Translations under genes and position numbers: made by a program
Notes under the pieces: model-generated
What the model saw: only the letters and a program-made list of their open reading frames with translations
What the model was told of the DNA's origin: nothing
The model's database searches: none
Assembly (NCBI GenBank): GCA_965235115.1
Contig: OZ249436.1
Location: 11,286,001-11,350,000, forward strand
DNA: 64,000 nucleotides
Reading direction: 5' to 3'
Source: Laetmonice hystrix
Taxonomy: Eukaryota
Shown here: piece by piece, positions 13,629-25,054 of the stretch
Layout of the letters: each line of letters opens with the position of its first letter
How positions within the stretch are numbered: the stretch's first letter is position 1

Positions 13629-14984
13629 AAGTGAATTTGGTCTTAGTCGACTAGATTCGTTCATCCTACCGTTCGAAGATCTGGCGTCTGAGACAACACG
13701 TGATAACCCAATGGTAGCCGCCATACGGAACTATGCCACAGATCGACCCACTGACGGGGAACGGGTTGTATTGCTACATCCCTTTAGAAGAGTCATGTCG
13801 CACTTTTCTCAGGCTTGCACCCTCCCGCCTCCAAGTGGACACTAAGTGACTCATCATACTGTCAGTGTTTGAACCATCAGCACGTGTTGCCAGACTACGA
13901 CCGAACGTGGACCCATGCAAGCTCCTTCCGACCCATCAGCCAGTTCATGGGAGACAGACCCGAGTCTATCTAAGCGATACTTTCAGACGTGACCGTTCAC
14001 TGTACATTTGACCAGTGGTTTCCTGGCTTTATATAGCGGGGAGGTCAAACTGGACCTCCATAGTGGTGTCCCACACAACCACATTGTTTTACTAAGATAA
14101 AAACATTTTACAGGCAACAACCAAAGCCCTGGAGGTGTACATCCCGTCTGTAGCATTAAAAATAGGGGGACCATCCATAGTTTCTTCCTGCAAGTTGATT
14201 TCATTAAAACATATTAATAAAAATAATAAAATCAGGGCACCATGGACAATGAGGCACGTGACACCGACGTTCTGCATACGACAGTCGTCACCCAACGTCA
14301 AGGTCAACATAGTTACAGTCATTTATATACAAATTAGGACCTCACCTCCAAAACCAATTGCCTACATGGCTGTATTTTAGTGTGTTCTTTACCACAAAGC
14401 AATATAAGTGAACACCGACTTAAACATCAGAAGGTTTTACAGGTAGAACATATTTCACATTAATCAAGACACCATTTCCACCGTCCTGTCTGTCCAAATG
14501 AAAAGAAGGTGTACAACCAAGCATGTAACTGACTGCCGTACAGAGTCGCCGGCGTGAGGTGTGACAAACAAACCTGGACAATAGAAACTACAACCTGGTA
14601 TTTATAGCACAAGACTTTATTAGAGGAGGGCGTATACTGGCATAGCTTTCACCTACTCTATTTACCACACAGATCTTGCTTACTTGATTATTGTTTGTTC
14701 ATGAATGAGTAAAAGTTTTAATATCAACTAATGCAATATGTGCCCCTGACTTCATGGATCTGTTATCCGTAAACCATCTAATTTCTGCCACGCTGTCTTT
14801 TTTTGGCCTTGACAAGTTTAACAAAACCGGTCAAAAAATTATGACTAAAGTGATGTCCTTAAGAACGACAAAAGTGGGCGACGTTGTGACAAAAGTGGTG
14901 ACCTGTGACAAAAGTGGGCATTTTGTGTGACAAAAGTGGTGACCTGTGACAAAAGTGGTAAAAATGACAAAAGTGGTTGTTACA
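12818..14984. mobile_element. Non-autonomous DNA transposon copy 2 (same family and orientation as 4412-6626)
   Basis: Same TIRs and collinear interior, differing by small indels; flanks CATA/CATG. Confidence 0.88.
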
Positions 14985-16252
14985 CATGTAACATACTGTA
15001 CGCGTTTTATTTCTCACACGGATATATTAAAATTGCTTCTGCAATTTATACCTTTTTTTATCACTATTTGTAATAGATCTTCGATTTCTCCTGGCGAAAA
15101 TAGTTTTCCGATACTGTCAGCAGTATTCGCTGGAAAATCACAGACCGTTATTGGCGACTTCTAGACCGTCAACCTTTGCGGACTCTTTTCAAAGCTACGT
15201 GGACAAAAGAAGACGTTGGCGTTCATCGTGATTTCTAGTATTTCTTTTAACTTCTTTCACCATTAGCTTTAATATCATTGCTTTTTATTGACAGCACGTG
15301 TTAACAGAATCAATATGATAAATAGTGTCATGAAGTACGTCACTGGTAAAGAGACAAGTAATTGATCCCGGTCGATTCGATACGCGAGAGACCCTGCCTT
15401 TACAAGGGGGAAATAATCCTACATCACCATGTAGAACTCACACATATCCCTTCTTTTCCCCACATTATTTCACAGTCATTCCCATATTTTGGTGAACCAC
15501 AAAGCATGCTGAGATATAGTATTCGGGATTTTAAACGTTTTTGTTGTACCATGCGAGGGTTTATGGCAATATAGTCCACATCAGAGGAAAATATACCACT
15601 GCCGTATAAGGTACCTTATAAGGGTCTATTATACATAATTATATGACTTCATACAATAATATTATAAATGGCTACATAACAGCTATATATCATGTACATA
15701 TGGCACGGTTTGAACGATGATAACAAACAGACGTTATTTCCTCTTTAACTTATTGTGGCGAGTGCCGTGAGTTGGGTTCCATGTGCATGCGGGTAGAAGA
15801 ATTGAATTTCTCTGTTGTGTGCGCAGTGATTTGAGATTAATCTCACCACATTAAAAATACATCACGACTAATGAAATGTGTACACTTGTAACACACAAAA
15901 AACATAATTGCGTCGTTTTGGTAAGCGCACCTGCACGAACGACCTTTTGCATTTCACGATACCTACCGAGGATGATGTATTTTCTCGGTTGAAAGTTGAA
16001 GGCACCTCACAGTGACCCTTACATAACCAAATATGCAGTCCCTCCAGGCAACGCTAATTAGGTGGGAGCGGGGGCAAATAGGACGGCCTAATTGATAGGT
16101 TAATTTTGCTTCCTGTTCAATGTCAGAATGGTAAATAATAAAAAAAGAAACAGTTCAAATTTCAAGTCGCCATGGAGATGACATAGACGATCGCGTCATC
16201 CCGCACCCCAAGGGATTATGTGGTACATTGGATCCGGACTGAGATTGAGAGC

Positions 16253-17447
16253 AATATTACAGTGAGGCCATTCCAGTAATATGTTGTATTTAACAAGAAG
16301 TTGTAATATTACAGTGAGGCCATTCCAGTAATATGCTGTATTTAACCAGAAGTTGTAATATTACAGTGAGGCTATTCCAGTAATATGTTGTATTTAACCA
16401 GAAGTTGTAATATTACAGTGAGGCTATTCCAGTAATATGTTGTATTTAACAAGAAGTTGTAATATTACAGTGATGCCATTCCAGTAATATGTTGTATTTA
16501 ACAAGAAGTTGTAATATTATAGTGAGGCCATTCCAGTAATATGTTGTATTTAACAAGAAGTTGTAATATTACAGTGAGGCTATTCCAGTAATATGTTGTA
16601 TTTAACAAGAAGTTGTAATATTACAGTGATGCCATTCCAGTAATATGTTGTATTTAACCAGAAGTTGTAATATTACAGTGAGGCCATTCCAGTAATATGT
16701 TGTATTTAACAAGAAGTTGTAATATTACAGTGAGGCCATTCCAGTAATATGCTGTATTTAACAAGAAGTTGTAATATTACAGTGGACCATTCCAGTAATA
16801 TGTTGTATTTAACAAGAAGTTGTAATATTACAGTGAGGCCATTCCAGTAATATGTTGTATTTAACAAGAAGTTGTAATATTACAGTGAGGCCATTCCAGT
16901 AATATGTTGTATTTAACAAGAAGTTGTAATATTACAGTGATGCCATTCCAGTAATATGTTGTATTTAACAAGAAGTTGTAATATTACAGTGAGGCCATTC
17001 CAGTAATATTCTGTATTTAACAAGAAGTTGTAATATTACAGTGAGGCCATTCCAGTAATATGCTGTATTTAACAAGAAGTTGTAATATTACAGTGAGGCC
17101 ATTCCAGTAATATGCTGTATTTAACAAGAAGTTGTAATATTACAGTGAGGCCATTCCAGTAATATGTTGTATTTAACAAGAAGTTGTAATATTACAGTGA
17201 GGCCATTCCAGTAATATGCTGTATTTAACCAGAAGTTGTAATATTACAGTGAGGCCATTCCAGTAATATGCTGTATTTAACAAGAAGTTGTAATATTATT
17301 GTGAGGCCAGTCCAGTAATATGCTGTATTTAACCAGAAGTTGTAATATTACAGTGATGCCATTCCAGTAATATGTTGTATTTAACAAGAAGTTGTAATAT
17401 TACAGTGAGGCCATTCCAGTAATATGCTGTATTTAACAAGAAGTTGT
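16253..17447. repeat. Minisatellite, 52-bp unit (AATATTACAGTGAGGCCATTCCAGTAATATGTTGTATTTAACAAGAAGTTGT), 23 copies
   Basis: Direct tandem periodicity; internal inverted repeat ATATTAC..GTAATAT. Confidence 0.97.
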
Positions 17448-18342
17448 TTTCTTGTAGCGTAGAATCTATAGCAAACAATTAAATCTTCCGTTTGAGTTTG
17501 ATTATGTGTTTTCGGATCATATATACATACATTGTACTATAAACGAAATGTACATCAGTGATAAAACTGTCCATAATTTCCCCCCATTTCCTGACAGATC
17601 CGGTTGCATTTAGCCTTCATATCCTGGATACTGCATGGGCATCTACCACGGCAATTTTTGTCTACTTGTCTACTGGGGTGAACATCAGATCTGGTCATCT
17701 TTGACAGACGGGCATCTCTAAGCATGTATCACAAATTTACGAGGACTTGTTCCAGACAGATCACTCACTGCTGTATGGATCCTGTTGACAGCCCAAATGG
17801 CCAATCGCCGCCCCTTTTAATCTATAGACTAACTGTTGCGCAGGCAGTGCTGTAATCTGATTTCTGATCAAAATAATCACCCCAGCAAGCGTAGTCATGG
17901 GTTGAATAGAGACTCCCTATCTGAGCCTATGCTAAGCGATAATAGGGTGTCACCGGAAGTAATATTTGCGGCCCGAGACTTACAGTCCCTATTATTAGGT
18001 CGTAAGCAGATGACGCATTCGGGACTCCCTCGGGCATAATGACGTCACTTCCTGCTATTCAAATATACCCTCGGGTGGATTAGTGGCCATTGTTGGCAAC
18101 CGGATACATGGCCGAATGGAGGTGTGTAGCGAGGCACTGAGTGAACCGTCATATCCCATCGAGCCAGGAAGTAGTGCATTATTGACACCTGCTCCTTCGG
18201 GGTTGTATGTGCAAATATATATTTGTCGTATGAAGGGGAACGTTTGAAGAAGAAAATGAATCACCTAAGTAACCTATATGGGCGTGATACGGTAATTTAT
18301 CAAATTATGGGAAGCAATATGGCCGCGCCCATGAACGACAAC

Positions 18343-19670
18343 CACTCGGCTCACCCATCGATTGACTGACGTCATATCTCGGCTGTACGACGAGGGTCGC
18401 CATGTTGGGGGGTGGGGTGGGTGGGTTGCTAGGTCGGGACCACTGGCCCGGATGTAAACAACAAACTCGCGCGCTGCCGCTTCACTGCGGCAGGGCTGTC
18501 CATTTGTCGCTATGTCCCATATTGGAGCGAGAACAGCAACGCAAATGCGACAAGAAAAAAACTGAGCGACAGATCGATTTGGGAACCAGGCCTAGGTGAC
18601 GCATTTGATTTGGTGATCCCCCCAGTGACCCATGAAAGTCAAAGCACTGTAACCACGCATTTAATCTCCCAGGAGTAAGCGTGACAGAGAGAGTACCTTT
18701 TTGGGCCAAAGTTTGGCAGATTTGACTTTAATTTGAAAAGATTATAGCTAGGCCTACTTTGCCATATGTTTCCTAACACCCCTGCCGCCTACTCTCATCC
18801 CCTTTCTTGTAAAATAGCTGCTAAAATGGGCGTATGGAGACTCTTTGGTTAAGGGGGGCAGAGGGGTTGATTTGCTCGAAATTTCTCTGTCCGATTTTCT
18901 TTCTGTTTGCTTTGCCTGGATTTTCCCTACTTTTTTAATTTCCCTAATTCGGGGGGGGGGGCTGCCCCTTGCCCCCCTCACAGCTCGTACGCCTGGCTTC
19001 TATTTTGCTGGGGTTGATAGTTCTGCTGCGCAGATTTGGATGTGCTGCGCACCAAGCAGCCGCAACTTTTGACAGCCTTGACTGCGGTTTGCGCAAATCC
19101 TGGGAAAATGGCCGCTTCATACATCCGAGGCCTGCTTCGCCTCCGGATATGACCTAGAAACAGCCAATCAGAAGCAGCGTCGGTGTTCGAGTGGAACGAC
19201 AAAAACACGACACATGGTCACTCGGCTCACCCACGATTGACTCGCGTCATATCTCGGCTGTACGACGAAGGTCGCCATGCTGGGGGGTGGGGTGGGTGGG
19301 TGGTTAGGTCGGCACCACTGACACGGATGTAAACAACAAACTCGCGCGCTGCCGCCGTTCCCAAAATGTAGAACTCCCTAGTGTCGGACTTTACAAAGTC
19401 AGAATATCTGGGTTTCGTCCCAGGTGAAGAAGAGACTGTTTTGTCTCCACGATAGAAAATTCGAGAAGGATAGGTATGCTGAGAAGTTATATTTGAACTA
19501 GGCCTACGTGCCTGTGCGTAGGGGTCGACTATTTACTCTGTGTTCATGCGCGATGCCGCTTCACTGGGAAATCCTGGGAAAATGGCCGGTTCATACATCC
19601 GAGGCCTGCTTCGCCTCCGGATATGACCTAGAAACAGCCAATCAGAAGCAGCGTCGGTGTTCCGAGTGGA
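18343..19670. repeat. Interspersed duplicated blocks (A about 18343-18480 and 19219-19356; B about 19095-19195 and 19569-19670)
   Basis: Direct pairwise similarity in A-B-A-B order. Confidence 0.85.
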
Positions 19671-22545
19671 CACATGGTAGGACTACCTCTATCATGAACA
19701 TGATACGTTAAGGTACCGGGGAAGTAAGAAATAACTTGGAGACGATGTAGGCTTGTATAACGTATAAACGAGAGAGAGATTTATTCACTGTACATCATAT
19801 ATATAGGAGTTGCTATCCCAGCATGCCTTGCGCTCCCTGATGGGCTTGTAATGATATTAGAGCTGTAGGGCTACTCGCTTGCTGCCCATTGGCTTAACTA
19901 CCTAGGTGAGATATTCACCTGCTGACCTGCTCGCTGAAGCGGCACCGAGGCGGCAAGGTGATTGGACACCAGAACGGCAGTCTTACCTAGCCGTATGTTA
20001 ATTACCATAAAGTGTATTGGCCCTGCTGGACCCTAACGAGAAATACAAATGTAGCTTATTAAGTGAGACACACTAGGAGCTGGTACTTTAGACCGGTATG
20101 GAAGAAATACAATAAATGTGGATATACATATGTCGAGATATAGAAATATACATGAGACATGATTAGTGTTCGTAACAAAAGCACTGGAGGTCTATTTTAG
20201 TTGCTTCCATGCCTGATGCAGACAAAATACTACACACACTGCCATGATGACCAGAGTCCTGCTCCATGTACCCGCAATGCAATGCTCAAAATGGCGCCTG
20301 TTCACCCGACTTTCGAAGATATGGCCGAGGATTCCCGAATGCAGATGACGCTGCGATATACTCTCCGGTGAAAATAGGCGGGCTGTCGTGAGGGGAGGAA
20401 TCACTGGAAGCGTTGGTTCAACCCGAAGCGTGGGAGGATGTTGCGAAGCCAGAGCCAGGCAGATATCACTGGAAGACTAGGAAACTTTCCCATGGACCAG
20501 GCGACAGCATGGTAGGCTCCCTGTCGCTTACTCGCCTAGGGGAACTAGTTCCGGAAGTGCGGATACCGCCAGTTTTAAATAGAGGTACTGGGATTAAAGA
20601 ACCTGTAGATCTTATAATATTTGAAGAACAACCGAAATCAGCGTGTGATCTTATGGGTTAGCTTAATGAAATGGTGAGTCAAAACGGAAACATACAGGAA
20701 TAAGTCGGCAAAAAAGAGTAACCCTACTGTCAGCCTGCCTCTTCTCATTTCATAGTAAAGTAGGATGCTAAAAAAGTCAAATCCTAGTCAGCAGCGAAGC
20801 GGAGAACTGACTAGGGTGCCAACTTGTCTAATTAGTCGCTAGAGGAATCGGTCATGGGCGGCCATGACGGACAAATCTCTGCTTGTGGCCGGAAGCCAAC
20901 TCCCAGCAGAGGAGTCCGCTTCCTGTCTTGTCTTGTCATCTTTCTGTTCTATCGGATCTGTGTGGAGAGTGGCCGGAGGCGAGTTTGAGAATATTTTCCG
21001 ACTTTCCTTTTTATCTAAACGTGCTTTAGTGTTTATGAACAAGAGACGTAAAATAGAGATTTACTGTTTAAAATCCCTCAAGTCAAATATCCCATCTAAA
21101 AATATGTATACATCACACAAGGCGCATGGGTAAACAGTGACCAATCATAGGTAATGGGCCGCTACCGATCTCTATAATTTTTTGCCACCTAGCGACGGGG
21201 TCGGGAACCCATCTATTTCATCTCTTCAACTGTCTTAGAGGCTCTCGTATTTGATATTCCAGATTGTGATTCAGATACATGTAGCTCACAAATTCGTGAT
21301 GTATCCCGATATGGATCTTGAACAGTTGAATTACATTCCGACCTACCCGTATTGTTTATCTTTAAAAAGATTCTGAAGTAAAAAGATTCTGAAGATCTTC
21401 CCACCACGTCTATAATGATTCGGCGACCACCATCAAAGGCGTATCAATTAGAATCTTAGTAATCGAATTTGGTCGTCGAAATCTTCAATGGCCTGAAGGG
21501 ACGCCGGTCTGTTCATTAAGGTGAAGACAGATCACATCCATTCCATGTCGGCAATGTCTGCCGTGTACTTGGTCGTGAGATTTGGCAGATTTGAAGTCGA
21601 CAATAGTGGATGTATGGGTGACGGGTCCCGAGGTCAGTTCGAGTATAGATTTCAGTCGGCTCCTTGCCATCACCTGGGTACGTCCGGATGAAGGGCGGGC
21701 CCAGGGAGGAGGGGGCCTAGTTCCTCTCCGTGGCTAAAACAAAGAGCAGATGGTATATCCCCGTTCGTTTCCCACTGATCGATGGCACCAATCTGTTTGG
21801 AGGTATAGCTTTGGTTTCACTTCACAGACGAAAGTCGCATGTGTGCAGAAACATGTGTAGGGTTTCAAAAAGGGCATCTGTATGTACATGTAAATGGTGG
21901 CTGACAGGACGGTATCTGTATTAGGTCAGAGAAGGTATTCAGGTAGAAAACCATGTTCTATTTAATGCCTGCGAATAATGGCTAAGCGGTATTCCCTCGG
22001 TAACCAGGGTCGAGCATGGGGAAAAGGGTGCAGTCAGAGTAAATCAGAATTATTACTTTAAATATAAAGCCGCTTTACTGCACAGTTTGGCTACGTTTGT
22101 TATCCGACACTAAAACAAAATACACTTGTGGCTAATGAAGTGCTCCTGTGGAAAAAAAGATTGTCAGTTTCGTTAGAAGCGAGTTTCCGCTATGTTTTAT
22201 AATCAGGTAACAAAATTTATGGGTTGCTTAATGTATTGAAGTCATCAAAAACATTCGCTGAAATCCATTAAATGCCCATATCTACAAGATATAGATATGT
22301 ATATATCCACACCCGCATTTTAATATAAAAAGACTCAAAGCTTCTGTATATATGTGACCCCACATAATCATAAAGATAGAATCGAGAAATATGAGAGTCC
22401 CATTTTTAACAAGGTTGTTTGACGGTTTTATTCTTCAACATCTGTTATTGTCACCTAATCAATCGTAATCAATATTGCGCGCTCGTTTGCTGCACGTCCC
22501 GAGGCCTTCATTATCGTCTTTATCGTAGGGTAATTGTGATCTTCA

Positions 22546-23976
22546 TCAAAGCTCCATCACCGTTAGGGAATCGTTAGAGTCAAACATTAAGAATTCCTTC
22601 AATTGCCCGGCAGTAGGTAGCGACATCACTTTACGCCGGAAGTTTGGTCCGTTTCCAATTGCTCTTCTAACGCTGATCCGGCAATAATCTGACAGCATCC
22701 GGGGATTAAAGAGCTCTCGCTTCAACCAATCAACGAATCGGAGGTTACTGGACAACACATAAACGTGCTTTGGTCGGGCTAACGGAACATCACAAAGAAT
22801 GCGCATTTCTCGCGTCCCGTCGAGGCCAGCTTGGTGGAGAAGCTGAACTCCTTCGTAGTGGCCAGTCTGAAGGCACACGGAATACAGGCTCATCGACGCC
22901 CCCGATATATTCACATTGAGCCTGCAGTTTGAACGGATTAATGCCCGGGCAATAGCAAAATGCCCCTCGTAAACAGCATCAACGATTGGTGTGCTACCAA
23001 GGTTGTCAGGTACGTTCGGATCGGCACCTTGTTCCAAGAGAGATTCTACAATTTTCAGTGAATCTATTCTGGTTGCCAGCAAAATTGGCGACCGCAGAGA
23101 TACGTCTAACGCATTGACAAAAGCTCCACACGTTAATAGCTTATCGACGCAAATATGCAACCCTTGCTCTGCCGCAAAATGAAGCGGGGCCCTTTTATCA
23201 TAGTCATCTGCCAAGTTTGGATTGGCCCCGTAATGTAACAAGAGTTGGACAACTGGAATGTTTTCATGATCGATGGCCCAAATGAGCGGTGGTCTAGTCA
23301 GACAGCAGCGTGTGTTAACGTCACAACCTATAGATAGAAACATCTCTGCCATCTCTATATGTCCTTCAAAGACTGCCATCATCAGTGGGGTATTCCCTCG
23401 TGTTTCTTGAGCATTCAGCTGAGCTCCTGCATCAAGGAGTTGTCGGGCACACGGCACACTTCCGTTACTTGCTGCCAAATGAAGGGCCGTCTTTCCCGTA
23501 CAAGGATCAGATTCATTAACTAAACAACCTTCAGCGATCAGAATCTCCAGAACTTCAGTCTGGTTGTTTACTGTAGCTTCCATGATTAGAGTCATATTGG
23601 CGCAAGGTTCTCTGCCTTCCAAGTACTGGCGCACGTCGCTCGTATCGTAGACGGCACGTGGCCTGTCTCGCTTGGCGTCCGCCCCGCCAGCCAGTAGCAG
23701 ACGAACGGCGTCCACGTAGCCGCGACGCGTTGCCGTTCGGATAATCGTTTCACCGGCCTCGTCACAAACGTTGACGTCACATCCGGCCTGGCCAAGCAGC
23801 GCTTCAATAACACGTGTGTGATTTTGATTGACAGCTAGCAGAATAAACGAGTTTACATACTCGGAATGTTTATTGAAGAAAGCGTCGAGGTGTGGTGATG
23901 AGGTTTTGTTAAGCAAACAACAAAGTTCGTGGTACAAAACTGAGACTTGGAGGTTCGTGTCACTCACAGGCTCCAT
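22546..23976 (-). CDS. Ankyrin repeat and SOCS box-containing protein (ASB-type E3 ligase substrate receptor), 476 aa, intronless CDS
   Basis: Many ankyrin repeats (GKTALHLAA, GNTPLMMAV, APLHFAAEQG, GADPN); C-terminal SOCS box PRMLSDYCRISVRRAIG..VMSLPTAGQLKEFLMF; candidate 5'UTR acceptor TTTTAG|G at 24051. Confidence 0.93.
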   Translation of the reverse strand: MEPVSDTNLQVSVLYHELCCLLNKTSSPHLDAFFNKHSEYVNSFILLAVNQNHTRVIEALLGQAGCDVNVCDEAGETIIRTATRRGYVDAVRLLLAGGADAKRDRPRAVYDTSDVRQYLEGREPCANMTLIMEATVNNQTEVLEILIAEGCLVNESDPCTGKTALHLAASNGSVPCARQLLDAGAQLNAQETRGNTPLMMAVFEGHIEMAEMFLSIGCDVNTRCCLTRPPLIWAIDHENIPVVQLLLHYGANPNLADDYDKRAPLHFAAEQGLHICVDKLLTCGAFVNALDVSLRSPILLATRIDSLKIVESLLEQGADPNVPDNLGSTPIVDAVYEGHFAIARALIRSNCRLNVNISGASMSLYSVCLQTGHYEGVQLLHQAGLDGTREMRILCDVPLARPKHVYVLSSNLRFVDWLKRELFNPRMLSDYCRISVRRAIGNGPNFRRKVMSLPTAGQLKEFLMFDSNDSLTVMEL

Positions 23977-24378
23977 TGTGTTCTGGTAATAACATCCAAC
24001 TCCTCAGTCTCATTCACGTTTCTTGTATCTTGCCCAGAATCAGTACGTCACCTAAAAGAACACAATGTATAATGTTAAATTAATTTGCTTATTATAAACT
24101 GGTTATAAACTTCTTGTGTCAAGTTGAATTTTCTCTCGCTGTAATATCCTGGTTATCATTACTTCACAGGTTTTGGACGATGCCTGAAACGACAATGATT
24201 TATGGTCTCAACAGCTCAAAACCAAAACAAAAAACAAAAAAAGGATTGATCGGCTGAAAAAGTAAATTTAGATCATCAAACAAAAGGTCATAGGCGACTG
24301 GACCCAGAAATTAGGTTTTCCATAATGGTGGAATATTTGTCACCTTATGATCCCCTCCTGTGAGACTGATTTAGAACG

Positions 24379-24533
24379 TAAATAAGGTAAGTTAGACTTA
24401 GTCCCGGCCTGTACCACAATACACAACCAGAAATAAGGTAAGTTAGACTTAGTCCCGGCCTGTCCCACAATACACAACCAGAAATAAGGTAAGTTAGATT
24501 TAGTCCCGACCTGTCCCACAATACACAACCAGA
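24379..24533. repeat. About 51-bp tandem repeat x3 (also copied at 25457-25611)
   Basis: AAATAAGGTAAGTTAGACTTAGTCCCGGCCTGT..CACAATACACAACCAG recurs three times. Confidence 0.92.
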
Positions 24534-24709
24534 AGAGGCTGGTTCCAGCAAAAGCGACCTCTGGTGGGAGTTTGCCTACGCCCCCTGAGGCTGTCTGGTC
24601 GATAGGTTTAGGCATATTATTTACGTTTCCCCTTTGATCAGGTCCCCTGTTTATACCATTTGCCACAAGCCCCGACTTGTAGTCTAACACATCGTGATCG
24701 CCAGTATGC

Positions 24710-25054
24710 TCAGCTCCAAGTAAACCAATGGCCTGATCCTAGCACGACCATACACGTCGCAACGCAGCGACATCTGACGTTACTCAGCGAAACTAAGGGG
24801 AGGGAATGTCTTGCCAATTCGCTGAAATCGCAGGACAATTTTTTTTTATGGACGTCACATCCGGCCTGGCCAAGCAGCGCTTCAATAACACGTGTGTGAT
24901 TTTGATTGACAGCTAGCAGAATAAACGAGTTTACATACTCGGAATGTTTACTGAAGAAAGCGTCGAGGTGTGGTGATGAGGTTTTGTTAAGCAAACAACA
25001 AAGTTCGTGGTACAAAACTGAGACTTGGAGGTTCGTGTCACTCACAGGCTCCAT
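24710..25054 (-). pseudogene. Truncated duplicate of the ASB-type gene 5' end (68 shared codons, then chimeric tail)
   Basis: MEPVSD..QAGCDV identical except one N>S change; runs into unrelated sequence at the duplication junction. Confidence 0.85.

Noticed and set aside
4412..14984. LTR retrotransposon with two 2.2-kb TG..CA LTRs
   Set aside because: Each copy has its own long TIRs, the outer flanks share no TSD, and no gag/pol, PBS or PPT is visible between them
16253..17447. CRISPR-like appearance of this and the other arrays
   Set aside because: Units are contiguous with no unique spacers, no cas genes, eukaryotic spliced context
16125..17710. Possible plus-strand gene flanking the 52-bp array
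   Set aside because: Short frames only, no recognisable protein, splice pairing unsupported
24340..24690. 116-aa ORF upstream of ASB (and copy 25418-25768)
   Set aside because: Largely repeat-derived; splicing to the ASB acceptor gives an immediate stop, so at most 5'UTR
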